A stretch of DNA of 64,000 bases from contig DATGJZ010000142.1 of the NCBI GenBank assembly GCA_035294925.1, positions 65,357 through 129,356 of the forward strand, given 5' to 3'. This DNA is from Candidatus Angelobacter sp. GTDB lineage: Bacteria > Acidobacteriota > Terriglobia > Terriglobales > Acidobacteriaceae. The notes under the pieces were generated by a model. It had not been told where the DNA came from. It saw only the letters and a list, made by a program, of their open reading frames with translations, and searched no databases. Shown here in pieces: positions 1-11,860 of the stretch. The first letter of the stretch is position 1. Every line of letters starts with the position of its first letter. The position numbers were made by a program, and so were the translations under genes.

Positions 1-2579
1 TCTCTTTCACTCCGAATCTTGCCGACGCCACGTTCAGCGGCGAGGAGGTGATTCAGGTCAACATCCAGAAGCCCACGAACAGCATCACGTTGAATTCGGC
101 GGAAATTCAGTTTCAGAAAGCGACCGTAACTCAGGGCACGAGCACTCAGGAAGCAAGGGTGAATCTTGATGCGCAAAAAGAGCAGGCCACGCTGACCGTA
201 GACCTGCAGTTGGCGCCTGGACCGGCAACCATTCAGGTTCAATTCACCGGAATCCTCAACGACAAGCTGCGCGGCTTTTATCTGGCCAAAACAAAACTCC
301 GCCGCTATGCCACCACGCAGTTCGAGTCCACCGATGCGCGGCGTGCCTTCCCGTCCTTTGACGAGCCTGCGCTCAAGGCCACGTTTGACATCACGCTGGT
401 GGTGGACAATGGCGATACAGCCATCTCCAATGGGCGGATCGTCTCCGATACTCCCGGCCCCGTTCCGGGCAAACGCACATTGAAATTTTCTCCTACACCC
501 AGGATGTCAACCTATCTGGTGGCCATGGCAGTGGGTGATTTTCAGTGCAATGAAGGTCAGGCCGATTCCATTCCCATCCGCGTCTGCGGCACGCCGGATA
601 AGAAGCCGCTGAGTGACGTGGCGCTGCGCTATGCTCAGGAGGTCCTGAAGTACTACGACCAGTATTACGGCATTAAATATCCTTACGGCAAACTGGATAT
701 CGTGGGCCTGCCTGATTTTGAGGCTGGAGCCATGGAGAATACGGCTGCCATTTTTTACCGTGAATCGTATCTCTTCATTGACGACAAGAATTCAGCGGTT
801 GACTCGCACGTTGCGGTCTTTCTCGTGCTGGCGCATGAAATGGCCCACCAGTGGTTTGGCGACCTGGTCACCATGAAGTGGTGGGACAACATCTGGCTCA
901 ACGAGGGCTTTGCCAACTGGATGGAGAAGAAGCCGATGCAGGCGCTGCATCCGGAATGGAATGCGGTGCTGGAGGCAGTCAAAGACACAAACCAGGCCCT
1001 GCAGATCGACGCCCTGCGCAATACGCATCCTATTCGCGCCAAAGCCGAGACGCCAGAAGAGATCAATGAGCTGTTCGACTCCATCTCCTATGACAAGGGC
1101 GCCGCCGTGATGAGGATGATCGAGTCCTACATCAGCCCCGAGGTCTTCCGTCGTGGAGTCAATGTCTATCTGCGAAAATTTCAATACAGCAATGCTACCG
1201 CTGAAGACTTTTGGGACACCATGTCCCAGGCCTCAGGTCGGCCGGTGGATAAGATCATGCCGACGTTTGTAAATCTCCCGGGCGAGCCTCTGGTCAAGGT
1301 GAAAGCCGAATGTGTGACTCCAAAGGCCCAGGCGGTTTCCAGCCGCAAGGGAAAGCGTTCACGAAAGCCGGTTCAACCCCACCCCAAGACCGAGATTACC
1401 CTTTCACAGCAACGCTTCCTCGTCGATGGAAGCGCGGACAACAGCAACCAGTTATGGGTGATTCCGGTTTGCATCAAAACGGACGACAACAAGCCTTTCT
1501 GCCAGCTTTTGGGAGAAAGGCAGCAGGTGGTGCCCGTGGTCGGTTGTGCTTCATGGGTTCTTACCAACGCAAATGCCGTTGGCTACTACCGTACGCAGTA
1601 TGAGTCTGATGGTTTGAAGAAACTGAGTGACGTGGCCCTGACCGGGTTGACCACCGCCGAACGTATGTCATTGGTCCAGGATGAGGCGGCGCTTGTCAGG
1701 GCGGGAAAAGATAAGGTCGGCTCCCTGCTGGACTTGATCAGCGCATTGAGTCGTGACCAGGAGCGCGCGCTGATGGATAGCTATGCTTTCGCGCTCGATT
1801 CCATTGATAACTATTTGGTCACGGCTGCGGATCGTGAAACCTATCATTCCTGGCTTCGCGCGGCTTTCCGGCCCATGCTGGCAAATGTGGGATGGACGCC
1901 GGCTGCAGGCGAAAGCGATGACACGCACGGCCTGCGCGCCGATCTGGTGATCATACTGGGCTTGGTGGCGCAGGACCCGGACACCATCAGGGAGGCCACC
2001 AGGCTGGCCAGGCAGTACCTGCAGAATCCTAACTCGGTGGATCCAACCCTGGCGCAAAGCATACTGCTGGTTGCCGCCCGTGCCGGGGACGCAGCGCTGC
2101 TCAATGAATACCTGGCGGCCATGCCGCACATGACTGCGCCGGAGCAGTATTACAACGTCGGTGGGGCGCTATCGGAATTTCGTGGTCCGGAGTTGGCTGG
2201 GCGCGTCCTGGAACTGGCCATCTCTCCTGCGGTTCGCAACCAGGATGCGCCGCACGTGATCTCCGCGGTGCTGGGCAATCCTGCCAACCAGGACTTTGCC
2301 TGGCAATGGATCAAGGCCCACTGGGCCGACGTGGAAAAGCAGATCACCATGTCCAGCGGCCCCGAGATCGTCGGTGGCGCCGGCAGTTTTTGCGATGCCG
2401 GGCGCCGGGATGATGTGCAGCGTTTCTTTACTGAACACAAAGTACCGTCATCAGAACGCCTTCTGAAACAGGTGACGGAGCGGATCAATGCCTGCATCGC
2501 CTATCGTGGCCACCAACAGAGTAATTTAGCCTCCTGGCTGGGACAACACGCCGGAGCCACAGTAGCAGGCCAGAACTGA
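1..2579 (+). CDS. pepN: Aminopeptidase N, M1-family zinc metallopeptidase (5' end outside window)
   Basis: Gluzincin motifs HEMAHQWFGD and WLNEGFA in the 843-aa ORF. The frame stays open upstream of the listed GTG back to base 3, so the true N-terminus lies outside the window. Confidence 0.9.
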   Translation, partial: SFTPNLADATFSGEEVIQVNIQKPTNSITLNSAEIQFQKATVTQGTSTQEARVNLDAQKEQATLTVDLQLAPGPATIQVQFTGILNDKLRGFYLAKTKLRRYATTQFESTDARRAFPSFDEPALKATFDITLVVDNGDTAISNGRIVSDTPGPVPGKRTLKFSPTPRMSTYLVAMAVGDFQCNEGQADSIPIRVCGTPDKKPLSDVALRYAQEVLKYYDQYYGIKYPYGKLDIVGLPDFEAGAMENTAAIFYRESYLFIDDKNSAVDSHVAVFLVLAHEMAHQWFGDLVTMKWWDNIWLNEGFANWMEKKPMQALHPEWNAVLEAVKDTNQALQIDALRNTHPIRAKAETPEEINELFDSISYDKGAAVMRMIESYISPEVFRRGVNVYLRKFQYSNATAEDFWDTMSQASGRPVDKIMPTFVNLPGEPLVKVKAECVTPKAQAVSSRKGKRSRKPVQPHPKTEITLSQQRFLVDGSADNSNQLWVIPVCIKTDDNKPFCQLLGERQQVVPVVGCASWVLTNANAVGYYRTQYESDGLKKLSDVALTGLTTAERMSLVQDEAALVRAGKDKVGSLLDLISALSRDQERALMDSYAFALDSIDNYLVTAADRETYHSWLRAAFRPMLANVGWTPAAGESDDTHGLRADLVIILGLVAQDPDTIREATRLARQYLQNPNSVDPTLAQSILLVAARAGDAALLNEYLAAMPHMTAPEQYYNVGGALSEFRGPELAGRVLELAISPAVRNQDAPHVISAVLGNPANQDFAWQWIKAHWADVEKQITMSSGPEIVGGAGSFCDAGRRDDVQRFFTEHKVPSSERLLKQVTERINACIAYRGHQQSNLASWLGQHAGATVAGQN

Positions 2580-2893
2580 AGACTTAGTTCGCGAGAAGCG
2601 AAGGTCCTGCTAGGGTCTATTCCATCAGGGTATGGCCTTGTAAAGGCATATGCTATTTCCCGAAATGCCATAGCTAAATCTGGTCCAATTCGGAACACAG
2701 CGTGGCTGCGGCTTATTCGCATTACCTTCGCTCTGTTAATTTTATTTCTGGGACTTTCGAATCAGTGAGAGAATGCTTGTATTCGGTTCCTGAAAACTTT
2801 ACGCCAGTAAGACGCCTTTACCGCCGCGAAACTGGGCCTGGCTCCAGCGCGTCCTGGCGGGATTAGACCGTTAGTATCACAAGGAGAGACTAG

Positions 2894-3415
2894 ATGCGAT
2901 ACAAGATTCTGCCGCTTTTCGTTATTTTTGCCTTGGCCACTTCCGTCTTCGGGCAAGCGTCCCAGCAAGCTCCAGTGGAAACAAAACTTGTGCTGAAGGA
3001 TGGCACTGATGTGAAACTCAAGTTTGCTGAAGCTGTTAGCTCAAAGACAGCCACTGAAGGCGACTCTGTCAATCTATTGCTCGACGAAGACCTGAAGATC
3101 GGCGATGTCGTGGTCGCCAAGGCCGGTGCTAAGGCCGTGGGTACCATCACACACTCAAAGAAGGCGGGAATGATGGGAAAGGCCGGCGAACTGAACATGC
3201 GGCTGGAGTACTTGTTAGTGAATGGTGACCGTGTGCGTCTCCGGGGTAGCAAGGGAAAAGAAGGAGAAGGTAAAGAAGGCACTGCGGTGGCCTTGACCGT
3301 CTTGTTCGGTCCTATCGGCCTGATCAAGCACGGAAAAAATGTTGAAGTGAAGGAAGGAACAGCCTTGGCGGCTTATGTGGACCAGGACTATGTCGTGCCG
3401 CCGCCCAAGTCATAG
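2894..3415 (+). CDS. Hypothetical secreted protein
   Basis: N-terminal signal-peptide-like MRYKILPLFVIFALATSVFGQ. AGGAG-like RBS (caaggagagactag) precedes the ATG. No recognisable domain. Confidence 0.6.
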   Translation: MRYKILPLFVIFALATSVFGQASQQAPVETKLVLKDGTDVKLKFAEAVSSKTATEGDSVNLLLDEDLKIGDVVVAKAGAKAVGTITHSKKAGMMGKAGELNMRLEYLLVNGDRVRLRGSKGKEGEGKEGTAVALTVLFGPIGLIKHGKNVEVKEGTALAAYVDQDYVVPPPKS

Positions 3416-3437
3416 CTGAGAGACTCGCCGATTGATA

Positions 3438-3492
3438 ATTTGTGATTTCTGATTGAGCCACTGCCAGTTTCGCGATTCAGCAAATCACAAAT
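3438..3492. repeat. Imperfect inverted repeat between convergent genes (possible bidirectional terminator or palindromic element)
   Basis: atttgtgattt (3438-3448) pairs perfectly with aaatcacaaat (3482-3492), with extra partial pairing (ctga/tcag). Lies between the stops of the 2894-3415 (+) and 3512-3955 (-) ORFs. Confidence 0.4.
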
Positions 3493-3511
3493 CTGAAGTC
3501 AAAAATTTCCA

Positions 3512-3955
3512 TCACCGCGTATCAAAGAAATACGTGATCGTCACGTCCCTCCACCGCTCCACCCGCTTGCGCAAGAACGCCGTCTGGCAATGAGAACATG
3601 AAATTGCCAGGCGGTTGGGCGCGGTCCAGTTCAAAACTACATCTGCCGACTGGGCATCCTGCTCCAGCAGGAAAACCTCGCCTTCGTCCGCTTTGCCCGA
3701 AAAATATCCCAGCTTGATCGTCTCCGTTCCAACGCGCAGGTTTACATGGGTCAGGAAGGGTGCGTCCTCGCCGCATCGGGCCTCCAGGACCGCTGCGGCC
3801 CAGCGGCCGTCCGGGCTCACTTGATTGGCAAACACCTGGTCAGAGCAGCGCGGCCGGAAATGAAGATAAGCAGTGGTCAGTCCCGCGAACATCACCATGA
3901 GGACGCCAGCATAGACCAGCGAGCCACGAACCATCTTCTTGGCAAAAGGATCCAC
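3512..3955 (-). CDS. Hypothetical membrane-anchored protein
   Basis: 147-aa ORF with one N-terminal hydrophobic helix (LVYAGVLMVMFAGLTTAYL). No recognisable domain. Confidence 0.5.
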   Translation of the reverse strand: MDPFAKKMVRGSLVYAGVLMVMFAGLTTAYLHFRPRCSDQVFANQVSPDGRWAAAVLEARCGEDAPFLTHVNLRVGTETIKLGYFSGKADEGEVFLLEQDAQSADVVLNWTAPNRLAISCSHCQTAFLRKRVERWRDVTITYFFDTR

Positions 3956-4092
3956 AGCTACAAGATTGCCACAATCGCCCGAATTGCCAAAGTTGGCGGA
4001 ATTGAAAACCGGGTGGCGGCAGCAAGCAGTAGGTTTTGATCTTGGTTGCTATGGCGGTTTTAGAAATAGTGTATCCAGCGACCCGGTGGAAG

Positions 4093-4132
4093 CCCCGAAC
4101 TTTAGTTCGGGGAAGTGGGCTTTCAAGCCCAC
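4093..4132. terminator. Twin perfect hairpins downstream of engB (terminator or REP-like element)
   Basis: ccccgaac-ttta-gttcgggg (4093-4112, 8-bp stem) is followed directly by gtgggct-ttca-agcccac (4115-4132, 7-bp stem). They sit in a repeat-rich spacer between two minus-strand genes. Confidence 0.35.
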
Positions 4133-4374
4133 GGAAAGCGCCCGCATTATTCATTAGCGCTTTAGCGCTGGCGCGAAGCAGCCGCCCTCTTGGATAACAG
4201 GATTTCCTAACCGCTGTAAGTTCTAAATACTAAGCACTAAATACTGGATCTTTAGTCTTCGAGATCAGCGTCTCTCAGCGTAAATCAGCGGCGAATAGCC
4301 TTTGACTTTCAATTTTGGCACTTTTTGGCAATGTAGCCTGCCCTCAAGGCGAGCTTGCGGAGCCGAAGGGACGA

Positions 4375-4968
4375 TTATGGCAATCTCTTATTGATTTGCC
4401 GCCACAACTCTTCGCGGCCCGCATCAGTCTTGGTCGAGTAAGGCAAAAGGCTCTCAACCCCGTGCTCCTGGGCAAGAGAAACAAGCGTGCTACGTAGCTT
4501 ATTGCCGGAAAGCCTGTCGCCCTTGGTGGCTACCACCAGGAACTCTCTGCCTGTGCTGCGCAAAAAATGGATCAACTGGCGATCGCTCTCCTGCGGCGGC
4601 ACATTGCAATCAACCAGTACAATTGCCAGCACCAGCGTCTCGCGTTTCTTGAGATAGGGCTCGATGAATTTTGGCCACTCGGCTGAAATCTCGCGGGAGA
4701 TTTTGGCGTAGCCGTATCCCGGCAGGTCAACCAGCAGGAATGCCGGATGCGGCTGGTTGGGCTTGGCATAAATGCCGATGAAGTTAATGGTGCGCGTCCT
4801 TCCCGGCGAGGAACTCACGTGCGCGAGCTTTTGGCCGAGCAGGGAATTGATCAGGCTGGACTTACCTACGTTGGAGCGCCCAAGGAAGGCGAACTCCGGT
4901 GGCCCCTCGGCAGGGAAGAGCCGTGCATCGGCCGCAGCCGCCAGAAATTTGGCCAGAGGTTTTACCAT
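4375..4968 (-). CDS. engB: Ribosome-biogenesis GTPase EngB/YsxC/YihA
   Basis: G1 motif GRSNVGKSSLINSLL, G3 DLPGYG, G4 TKGDR. Size and position after lon are typical. Confidence 0.9.
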   Translation of the reverse strand: MVKPLAKFLAAAADARLFPAEGPPEFAFLGRSNVGKSSLINSLLGQKLAHVSSSPGRTRTINFIGIYAKPNQPHPAFLLVDLPGYGYAKISREISAEWPKFIEPYLKKRETLVLAIVLVDCNVPPQESDRQLIHFLRSTGREFLVVATKGDRLSGNKLRSTLVSLAQEHGVESLLPYSTKTDAGREELWRQINKRLP

Positions 4969-5186
4969 GATGGAGAAGGCGAGTGTTGCTGCTCAATCCC
5001 TTGAATGCTCTGTCATCCCGAAGTCCCCGTTAAGCTCGCGCGCGTTTTCTCGAGCGCGCGAGTAGGGGCGAGGAATCTGCTCTGCCCAAGTATCGCTACA
5101 ACCAGGTTGCCGGCAATTCCGGAGCCACTAAGATCGTTGGAATGGGCGTCGAGGAGCCGGCACAACAAGAGAAGATTCACCAGCAG

Positions 5187-7598
5187 CTAGAGGTACTGCT
5201 GCGACACCGGCGGCTCCGCGGTTGGCGGAACGGCCGGAATGCCTTCAGCATGCTCAGTGGCAATCTCCGGCAACGACTTTTCCAGCGCAATCTTGAGCAC
5301 ATCGTCCATGCTCTCCGCCAGATGAATCTTCATGTTGTTGCGGATGCTCTCCGGGACCTCGGGCAGATCTTTCTCATTGTCTTTGGGAATAATTGCTTCC
5401 GTAATCCCTGCTCGTAAAGCCGCCAGAAGTTTTTCTTTCAAGCCGCCGATCGGCAGCACCTTGCCGCGCAGAGTAATCTCGCCCGTCATGGCTATATCGC
5501 GGCGGACAGGAATCTTGCTTAGTGCGCTGGCCAGCGCCGTGGCCATTGTGATGCCGGCGGACGGGCCATCTTTAGGAATTGCGCCCTCCGGCACGTGGAT
5601 GTGGATATCGCAGGTGCGATAGAAATCGCGTGGGACGCCCAGCCTTGCCGCTCGGGAGCGCACATAGGACATGGCCGCCTGAGCCGACTCCTGCATCACG
5701 TCGCCCAGCTTTCCGGTTAGTGTCAATTTGCCTTTGCCGTCGACAATGGCAACTTCTGTGCTCAGGATGGACCCGCCTACCTCAGTCCAGGCAAGCCCGG
5801 TCACTAGGCCAATTTCACTCTTTTCATGGGCCAGGGTGTCGCGGAATTTGATTACACCCAGGAACTCGCCAACATTTTCCACCGTGAGAGTAAGGGAATA
5901 GCCTTGTCCTTCTTTCACCACTCTGCGGGCCACCTTGCGGCACACGTTGCCGATTTCGCGCTCCAGGTTGCGCACGCCCGCTTCACGGGTGAACGAGCGG
6001 ATGATCTCCGTAATGGCCTCGTCAGTGAATTTGAGCTGGTCTTCCGTAAGGCCCGTGGCTTCGCGCTGCTTGCGCACCAGGAACTGCTTGGCAATCTCAA
6101 CCTTCTCGAGCTCAGTGTATCCGTGCAGCCGCAATACCTCCATGCGGTCCTGTAAAGCGGGAGGAATGGTGTGCAGCACATTGGCGGTGGCAATAAAAAA
6201 GACCTGCGAGAGGTCATATTCAACATCGAGGTAATGGTCCTGGAACATCCAATTCTGCTCCGGATCGAGCACTTCCAGCAGCGCCGCCGCCGGATCACCG
6301 CGGAAGTCGGAAGCCAGCTTATCCACTTCGTCCAGCATGACCACCGGGTTCTTGGTCCCGGCTTTTTTCATCATCTGGATGATCTGGCCGGGCAGCGCGC
6401 CAATATAAGTCCGCCGGTGCCCGCGAATCTCCGCCTCATCCCGTACGCCACCCAGGGACAGGCGGACGAATTTTCTGCCCGTCGCCTTGGCAATCGACAT
6501 GCCCAGCGAGGTCTTGCCGACGCCCGGAGGTCCAACGAAGCAAAGAATCGAGCCTTTGGGGTTTTTCACCAACTGGCGTACGGCCAGGAACTCGAGAATG
6601 CGCTCTTTGATCTTTTCCAGTCCGTAATGGTCGGAATTCAGGATCTTTTCCGCATGTTCGATGTTGCGGATCTCTTTGGATTTTTTCTTCCATGGAACCG
6701 CCAGCAGCCAATCCAGATAATTGCGCGAGACCGTGGATTCCGCGGACATGGGCGGCATGGCTTCCAGCTTTTTCAGCTCCTGGATGGCCTTTTCATGCAC
6801 GTCCTTCGGCATGCCGCTGGTATCGATCTTTTTCTTCAGCTCGTCGAACTCGCTCTTTTCGCCCCGTCCCAGCTCTTTCTGGATGGCCTTGATCTTCTCG
6901 TTGAGGTAATACTCTTTTTGTGCGCGCTCCATCTGGCGCTTCACCCGGGTCTGGATGGTGCGGTCCATATTGAGCTTTTCAATTTCAATGTCCAGGACGT
7001 CGGCAATGCGGGTGAGACGCTCGACCGGGTCGAAAATCTCCAACAGTTCCTGCTTTTCTTCAATCGAGAGCTGGAGGTTCTGGGCGATATTGTCGCTCAA
7101 CTTGGCGGGGTCGCTTACCGCCTGTGTGTTGACTGCGGGCTCCTGGCTTAAGGATTGGCAAAGCTTGGCATACTGGTCCCACAGGCTGTGGACTCGCTGG
7201 ATGGCAGCTTCGAGCACCGGAGTGACTTCCGGGAAATGTTTGACCGTTCGGACCGTAGCCTCAAAATAGCCGTCAGTATTGACCAGTTGCAGGACCTTGC
7301 CGCGCTCCACCCCTTCCACCAGGACCTTGATATTGCCGTCGGGTAGTTTCAGGTTCTGGACGATATTGGCAATTGTGCCAACCTGATAGATCTCGTGCGG
7401 CTTAGGCTCGTCCACGCTGGCGTCATGCTGGGTGGCCAGAAAGATCTTGCGGTCGGCAGCCAGCGCCTCTTCCAGCGCGCGGACGCTGGATTCGCGGCCA
7501 ACAACAAATGGGGTCATCATGTGGGGGAAGATGACCACATCGCGAATAGGCATCATGGGGAGCTTGCGGGTCTCGAATTTTTCTTTGTTTTGGGTCAC
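5187..7598 (-). CDS. lon: ATP-dependent Lon protease
   Basis: 803 aa with an N-terminal LON domain, AAA+ Walker [10 protein letters not shown], and a C-terminal protease motif [15 protein letters not shown] containing the catalytic Ser. Confidence 0.95.
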   Translation of the reverse strand: MTQNKEKFETRKLPMMPIRDVVIFPHMMTPFVVGRESSVRALEEALAADRKIFLATQHDASVDEPKPHEIYQVGTIANIVQNLKLPDGNIKVLVEGVERGKVLQLVNTDGYFEATVRTVKHFPEVTPVLEAAIQRVHSLWDQYAKLCQSLSQEPAVNTQAVSDPAKLSDNIAQNLQLSIEEKQELLEIFDPVERLTRIADVLDIEIEKLNMDRTIQTRVKRQMERAQKEYYLNEKIKAIQKELGRGEKSEFDELKKKIDTSGMPKDVHEKAIQELKKLEAMPPMSAESTVSRNYLDWLLAVPWKKKSKEIRNIEHAEKILNSDHYGLEKIKERILEFLAVRQLVKNPKGSILCFVGPPGVGKTSLGMSIAKATGRKFVRLSLGGVRDEAEIRGHRRTYIGALPGQIIQMMKKAGTKNPVVMLDEVDKLASDFRGDPAAALLEVLDPEQNWMFQDHYLDVEYDLSQVFFIATANVLHTIPPALQDRMEVLRLHGYTELEKVEIAKQFLVRKQREATGLTEDQLKFTDEAITEIIRSFTREAGVRNLEREIGNVCRKVARRVVKEGQGYSLTLTVENVGEFLGVIKFRDTLAHEKSEIGLVTGLAWTEVGGSILSTEVAIVDGKGKLTLTGKLGDVMQESAQAAMSYVRSRAARLGVPRDFYRTCDIHIHVPEGAIPKDGPSAGITMATALASALSKIPVRRDIAMTGEITLRGKVLPIGGLKEKLLAALRAGITEAIIPKDNEKDLPEVPESIRNNMKIHLAESMDDVLKIALEKSLPEIATEHAEGIPAVPPTAEPPVSQQYL

Positions 7599-7755
7599 GT
7601 GGTTGCCTTTGGAAGCTGCCAGAAGGTGCGGCTCATTAACAGCTTCTTAACCTCTAAGAATATCACGTTAATCAAGCGGTTATGGGGAGAGTACGTTAGT
7701 GTCTTATCCCAACCGCTAATAGAATCAATCAGTTCCGGGAAGGATGAATCAAAGT

Positions 7756-9045
7756 CTAACCCGCTTCTTTCATGGCCGGAAGCGATACGTCGCGCCGTTC
7801 GACCATTTCCTTGCTGACTTCGAACTCTTTTATACGTTTCTGGCTGGGGAGGTGATACATCAGGTCCAGCATCAACTCCTCTAGGATCATTCGCAAGCCG
7901 CGCGCTCCTACCTTACGATGTAAGGCTTCGCGGGCAATGGCCTGCAACGATCCCTCCGAGAAGCGCAGCTTCACATTCTCAAATTCAAACATGCGCTGGT
8001 ACTGCCGGATAATCGCATTGCGCGGGCGGGTGAGGATTTCAATCAGCGCCGATTCATCCAGGTCATTCAGGATACCCACCACCGGCAGGCGGCCTACAAA
8101 TTCTGGAATAAGCCCAAACCGCACCAGGTCCTGCGGCTCAGCCTTTTGCAGCAGTTCGGTGTCGCGCTTGCTGGCTTCCGTAAACTCTTTCTCTTTCTGT
8201 TCATTCGTGCGGAAACCCATGGACTTCTTGCCGATCCGCCGCCCTACGATTTTTTCCAGGCCAACAAATGCGCCACCGCAAATGAAGAGGATGTTAGTGG
8301 TGTCCACCGGTGTAAATTCCTGGTGCGGATGCTTCCGGCCGCCCTGTGGCGGAACGTTCGCAATGGTGCCTTCCAGGATCTTCAATAACGCCTGCTGTAC
8401 GCCCTCGCCGCTTACATCGCGGGTGATCGATGGGTTTTCGTCCTTGCGCCCGATCTTGTCGATCTCGTCAATGTAGATAATGCCGGTTTGTGCCCGTCCC
8501 ACGTCGCCATCCGCGGACTGCAACAGCTTGAGCACAATGTTTTCCACATCTTCGCCCACGTAGCCGGCTTCTGTGAGGGTGGTCGCGTCCACGATTGCAA
8601 AGGGCACATCCAGCATCCGGGCTAAAGTCTGCGCCAGCAGGGTCTTGCCCGTACCTGTGGGTCCGATGAGCAGGATGTTGGACTTGGTCAGCTCAACTTC
8701 GCTGCCTTTTACCCGGTTCATGTGAATGCGCTTGTAGTGGTTGTAAACCGCCACGGAAAGTTTCTTCTTGGTCTGTTCCTGGCCGATTACGTATTCGTCC
8801 AGGAAGGTCTTCACCTCATGGGGCTTGGGCAGGTGATTGGGCGCGGCGGCGGCATGCGTCTCGGAGCGGTCATCCTCCAGAATGGAATTGCAGACCGCCA
8901 CGCATTCATCACAAATGTAGGCTCGGGGATAATCGTTGGGGGAAGAGATGAGCTTGGCAACGGCGTCCTGCGATTTGTGGCAGAACGAGCATCGGAGAGT
9001 TTCTTCCGGAGACCTCGGCTTCACATCATGCTCCTTAGTAACCAA
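7756..9045 (-). CDS. clpX: ATP-dependent Clp protease ATP-binding subunit ClpX
   Basis: N-terminal zinc-binding CSFCHK...CDEC, Walker A GPTGTGKT, typical ClpX length of 429 aa. Confidence 0.95.
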   Translation of the reverse strand: MVTKEHDVKPRSPEETLRCSFCHKSQDAVAKLISSPNDYPRAYICDECVAVCNSILEDDRSETHAAAAPNHLPKPHEVKTFLDEYVIGQEQTKKKLSVAVYNHYKRIHMNRVKGSEVELTKSNILLIGPTGTGKTLLAQTLARMLDVPFAIVDATTLTEAGYVGEDVENIVLKLLQSADGDVGRAQTGIIYIDEIDKIGRKDENPSITRDVSGEGVQQALLKILEGTIANVPPQGGRKHPHQEFTPVDTTNILFICGGAFVGLEKIVGRRIGKKSMGFRTNEQKEKEFTEASKRDTELLQKAEPQDLVRFGLIPEFVGRLPVVGILNDLDESALIEILTRPRNAIIRQYQRMFEFENVKLRFSEGSLQAIAREALHRKVGARGLRMILEELMLDLMYHLPSQKRIKEFEVSKEMVERRDVSLPAMKEAG

Positions 9046-9108
9046 CTAGTAACGGACTGGGAGCCCCGTCGCATTCCCAGATAACGGACTTTTTTCAGAC
9101 TTTATTCC

Positions 9109-9702
9109 CTACTTATGCTTGTAGATAATATCGTCAATAATGCCATATTCTTTGGCTTGTTGTGCATTCATTATAAAGTCTCGTTCCACGTCTTTTTCCA
9201 CTTTTTCCATCTTTTGACTGGTGTGCTTGGAAAGCAACTGGTTCATGATCTCCCGCATGCGCAGGATTTCCCTGGCCTGGATGTCAATATCAGTCGCTTG
9301 GCCGCTAATGCCACCCCCCATAATCAGTGGTTGGTGGATGAGAATCCTGGAAGTAGGTAAGGCGAAACGCTTACCCGGCGCGCCCGCGCACAACAGCAAA
9401 GCCCCCATGCTGGCCGCCTGACCGCAACAGATCGTCATGACATCTGGGCGGACGAACTGCATGGTGTCATAGATGGCCATGCCGGCGGTGATTGAACCGC
9501 CAGGCGAGTTGATATAAAGCTGAATGTCCTTTTCCGGGTCCTCAGCCTCCAGAAACAGGAGCTGAGCAATTACCAGGTTGGCGATGGTGTCATCAATTGG
9601 TGTGCCGATAAAGATAATGTTGTCCCGCAGCAGCCTGGAATAAATATCGTAAGCGCGCTCTCCGCGGCTTGTCTGCTCCACGACCATTGGTACAAGTGCC
9701 AT
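9109..9702 (-). CDS. clpP: ATP-dependent Clp protease proteolytic subunit ClpP
   Basis: [25 protein letters not shown] is a typical ClpP N-terminus, and the catalytic Ser lies in GQAASMGA. I prefer the ATG at 9702 (RBS aaaggaag 8 nt upstream) to the longer ORF start at 9720. Confidence 0.9.
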   Translation of the reverse strand: MALVPMVVEQTSRGERAYDIYSRLLRDNIIFIGTPIDDTIANLVIAQLLFLEAEDPEKDIQLYINSPGGSITAGMAIYDTMQFVRPDVMTICCGQAASMGALLLCAGAPGKRFALPTSRILIHQPLIMGGGISGQATDIDIQAREILRMREIMNQLLSKHTSQKMEKVEKDVERDFIMNAQQAKEYGIIDDIIYKHK

Positions 9703-9716
9703 GTAGGGTCTTCCTT

Positions 9717-11201
9717 TCACTCCGGATCGTTGCCATCTTGGGCGTTACTGGTGGATTTGTTGTATAAGAACCGCAGCGCCTTATCACTGCGGATGCGGTT
9801 GCGAATGCGATCCATTGCGCCTTCCTGGGCCAGGCGCTGCTGCAGGGCTTCCGGCGTCTGCTTTGATTGTTGGGCCAAGGCAAGGATTTCCTGGTTTACT
9901 TCTTCGTCCGTGGCCAGGATGTTTTCAGCTTCGGCAATTTTTTCCAGCAGCAGGTTGGCCTTTACTTCTCTAGTTGCAGCTTCCCGCTGGCTGGCGCGAA
10001 GACGCTTGAAATCCATGCGCTTCATGTCTTCCGTGCGCATACCCTGTGCCGCCAGACTTCTCAGCCACTGCTCCAGTCGGAAATCAACCTGTCGCCGGAC
10101 CAGAGTTTCCGGAACAGGAAAATCATGTGTTTCTGCCAGTTGGTTGAGCAGCTTTTCCCGGGCCTCATGCAGTGTCTTATGCTGCCGCTCGGCAAGAATA
10201 CCTTCGTGCAGCCGTTTTTTGAGATCATCGAGGGTCTGGAAGTCCTGGCTCAATTCCTTGGCGAACTCATCCGTCAACTGCGGTGTAGTCTTCTTTTTGA
10301 TGGCGCTGACTTTGGCCGTGTAGGACAGAGTTTTTCCCGCCAAGCGGCTTTCGTAATATTCGGCAGGATAGGTTACGTCGAAGGTACGCTCTTCGCCTGA
10401 CTTGGCGCCGCGCAAATTTTCCGAAAACTCAGGCAGGGTATTCGTCCCCGCAATCTCCACCAGAACTTCGTCGACCTGCACCGGTTGATTGGGATTCGCC
10501 TGCGATTTAGCTGACTCCGAGGCTTCAGCGCGCTCAGGTTTCTCCTCAATCGGCGTTTCTGGTGCGGCCTCTTTCGACACAGCCTGGAATGAGATTTGGG
10601 CAAAATCTCCATCCTGCAAAGGCCGATCCTCATCCAGAGGATCAAAGCTGGACTGCTGCTCCTGCAATCGTTTCAGTTCAGCGTCCACATCTTCATCGGT
10701 TACTTTAACTTCCGGCACATCAACCTTGATCTCCTGATAATTGCCCAACTGAATATCGGGCATGATCTCAAACGCAGCCTTGAAACGGACGGGTTGCCCT
10801 GTCTCAGTTACCAGGCTGTGAACTTGTGGCTGGGAGATCGGCGTGAAGCCTTCTTTGACTACTGCCTGCCGGAAGTACTCAGGAACAAGGGATTCCAGCA
10901 CGTCACCTTTGATCTCCTGGGCAAAGCGGTTGCGGACGATACTTGCAGGAACCTTTCCTTTGCGGAAGCCAGCCACACGCGCGACCTTTGTATAGCGCTG
11001 AACGGTGGAATCGAATTCTTTGTTAACGACGTCTGCCGGAATCTCCACCGCGACTTCCCGGAGACAGCCTGCATTGATGTCAATGATCTCTTCGTCCTCG
11101 GCGGGCTCCTGAGGTGCGGATAAGACGGGGCCGGCTTCGGACGTTGAGGCCGACTGAATTTGGTTTTCGCCGGGCTTTTCTTCTGGGTTTGCTGAACTCA
11201 A
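9717..11201 (-). CDS. tig: Trigger factor (ribosome-associated PPIase chaperone)
   Basis: 494 aa directly upstream of clpP-clpX in the classic tig-clpP-clpX arrangement. Acidic N-terminal extension followed by trigger-factor-like ribosome-binding, FKBP and C-terminal regions. Confidence 0.88.
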   Translation of the reverse strand: MSSANPEEKPGENQIQSASTSEAGPVLSAPQEPAEDEEIIDINAGCLREVAVEIPADVVNKEFDSTVQRYTKVARVAGFRKGKVPASIVRNRFAQEIKGDVLESLVPEYFRQAVVKEGFTPISQPQVHSLVTETGQPVRFKAAFEIMPDIQLGNYQEIKVDVPEVKVTDEDVDAELKRLQEQQSSFDPLDEDRPLQDGDFAQISFQAVSKEAAPETPIEEKPERAEASESAKSQANPNQPVQVDEVLVEIAGTNTLPEFSENLRGAKSGEERTFDVTYPAEYYESRLAGKTLSYTAKVSAIKKKTTPQLTDEFAKELSQDFQTLDDLKKRLHEGILAERQHKTLHEAREKLLNQLAETHDFPVPETLVRRQVDFRLEQWLRSLAAQGMRTEDMKRMDFKRLRASQREAATREVKANLLLEKIAEAENILATDEEVNQEILALAQQSKQTPEALQQRLAQEGAMDRIRNRIRSDKALRFLYNKSTSNAQDGNDPE

Positions 11202-11503
11202 GCGATGGCTTCCTTTATCTCCTGGCTAAGTCAAGCGGGGAGCTACGACGAAATCCCCTGCAGTTTCAGTGTAAGAGACGTTGCCGGATGGGTCAAACCA
11301 GAGGATTGGGATTTGCCGTTGCTGGTGGGAGATTGTCTGGTTGCTGTCCGTTCCGGCGAAATAAAACGGATGATTGGATGGTCGCAATTGCACAATAAAT
11401 GGTGCAAATTTACGGTGTTGCTTTACGCTTGCTTTCCGCCGGGTTCAGCGAAATACTTCAGGAGCAAACAGCTCACATTGCAGATCCATCTGGAAAGAAC
11501 CCC

Positions 11504-11854
11504 ATGCGGTCTTTCATCCTGTCTGTGTCTGCGGATCGATGGCTGACGCCCATCCGCAATACTGTGCTGGCCCATGCCGGCTATGCAGTTATCCCGTCTT
11601 TATCGGCGGAGGCGGCTATGCAGGTGCTCTTGAACCGGCGTGTCTCCGCCATGGTGATTGGCCATTCCATTCCGCCGCATGACCGGCAGCGATTGTGTTC
11701 CGAAGGCAGGCGGCACGGTGTTCCGGCGGTGGTGCTGGACCGGAATACGCAGGTGTCTGATGTGGCACGGGAGATCCATGTTGATCCTTCTGATGGACCA
11801 GAGGCATTTCTGAATGCAATCGCGGCTTTGCTGGCAGACCGTGCGATAAACTGA
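11504..11854 (+). CDS. Small receiver-like (possible pseudo-receiver) protein
   Basis: 116 aa counted from the internal ATG (MRSFILSV...). It shows an alternating beta/alpha pattern like CheY-type receivers, but the expected phospho-acceptor position reads AMVIGHS (no Asp). The start is uncertain. Confidence 0.4.
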   Translation: MRSFILSVSADRWLTPIRNTVLAHAGYAVIPSLSAEAAMQVLLNRRVSAMVIGHSIPPHDRQRLCSEGRRHGVPAVVLDRNTQVSDVAREIHVDPSDGPEAFLNAIAALLADRAIN

Positions 11855-11860
11855 AAGCAG

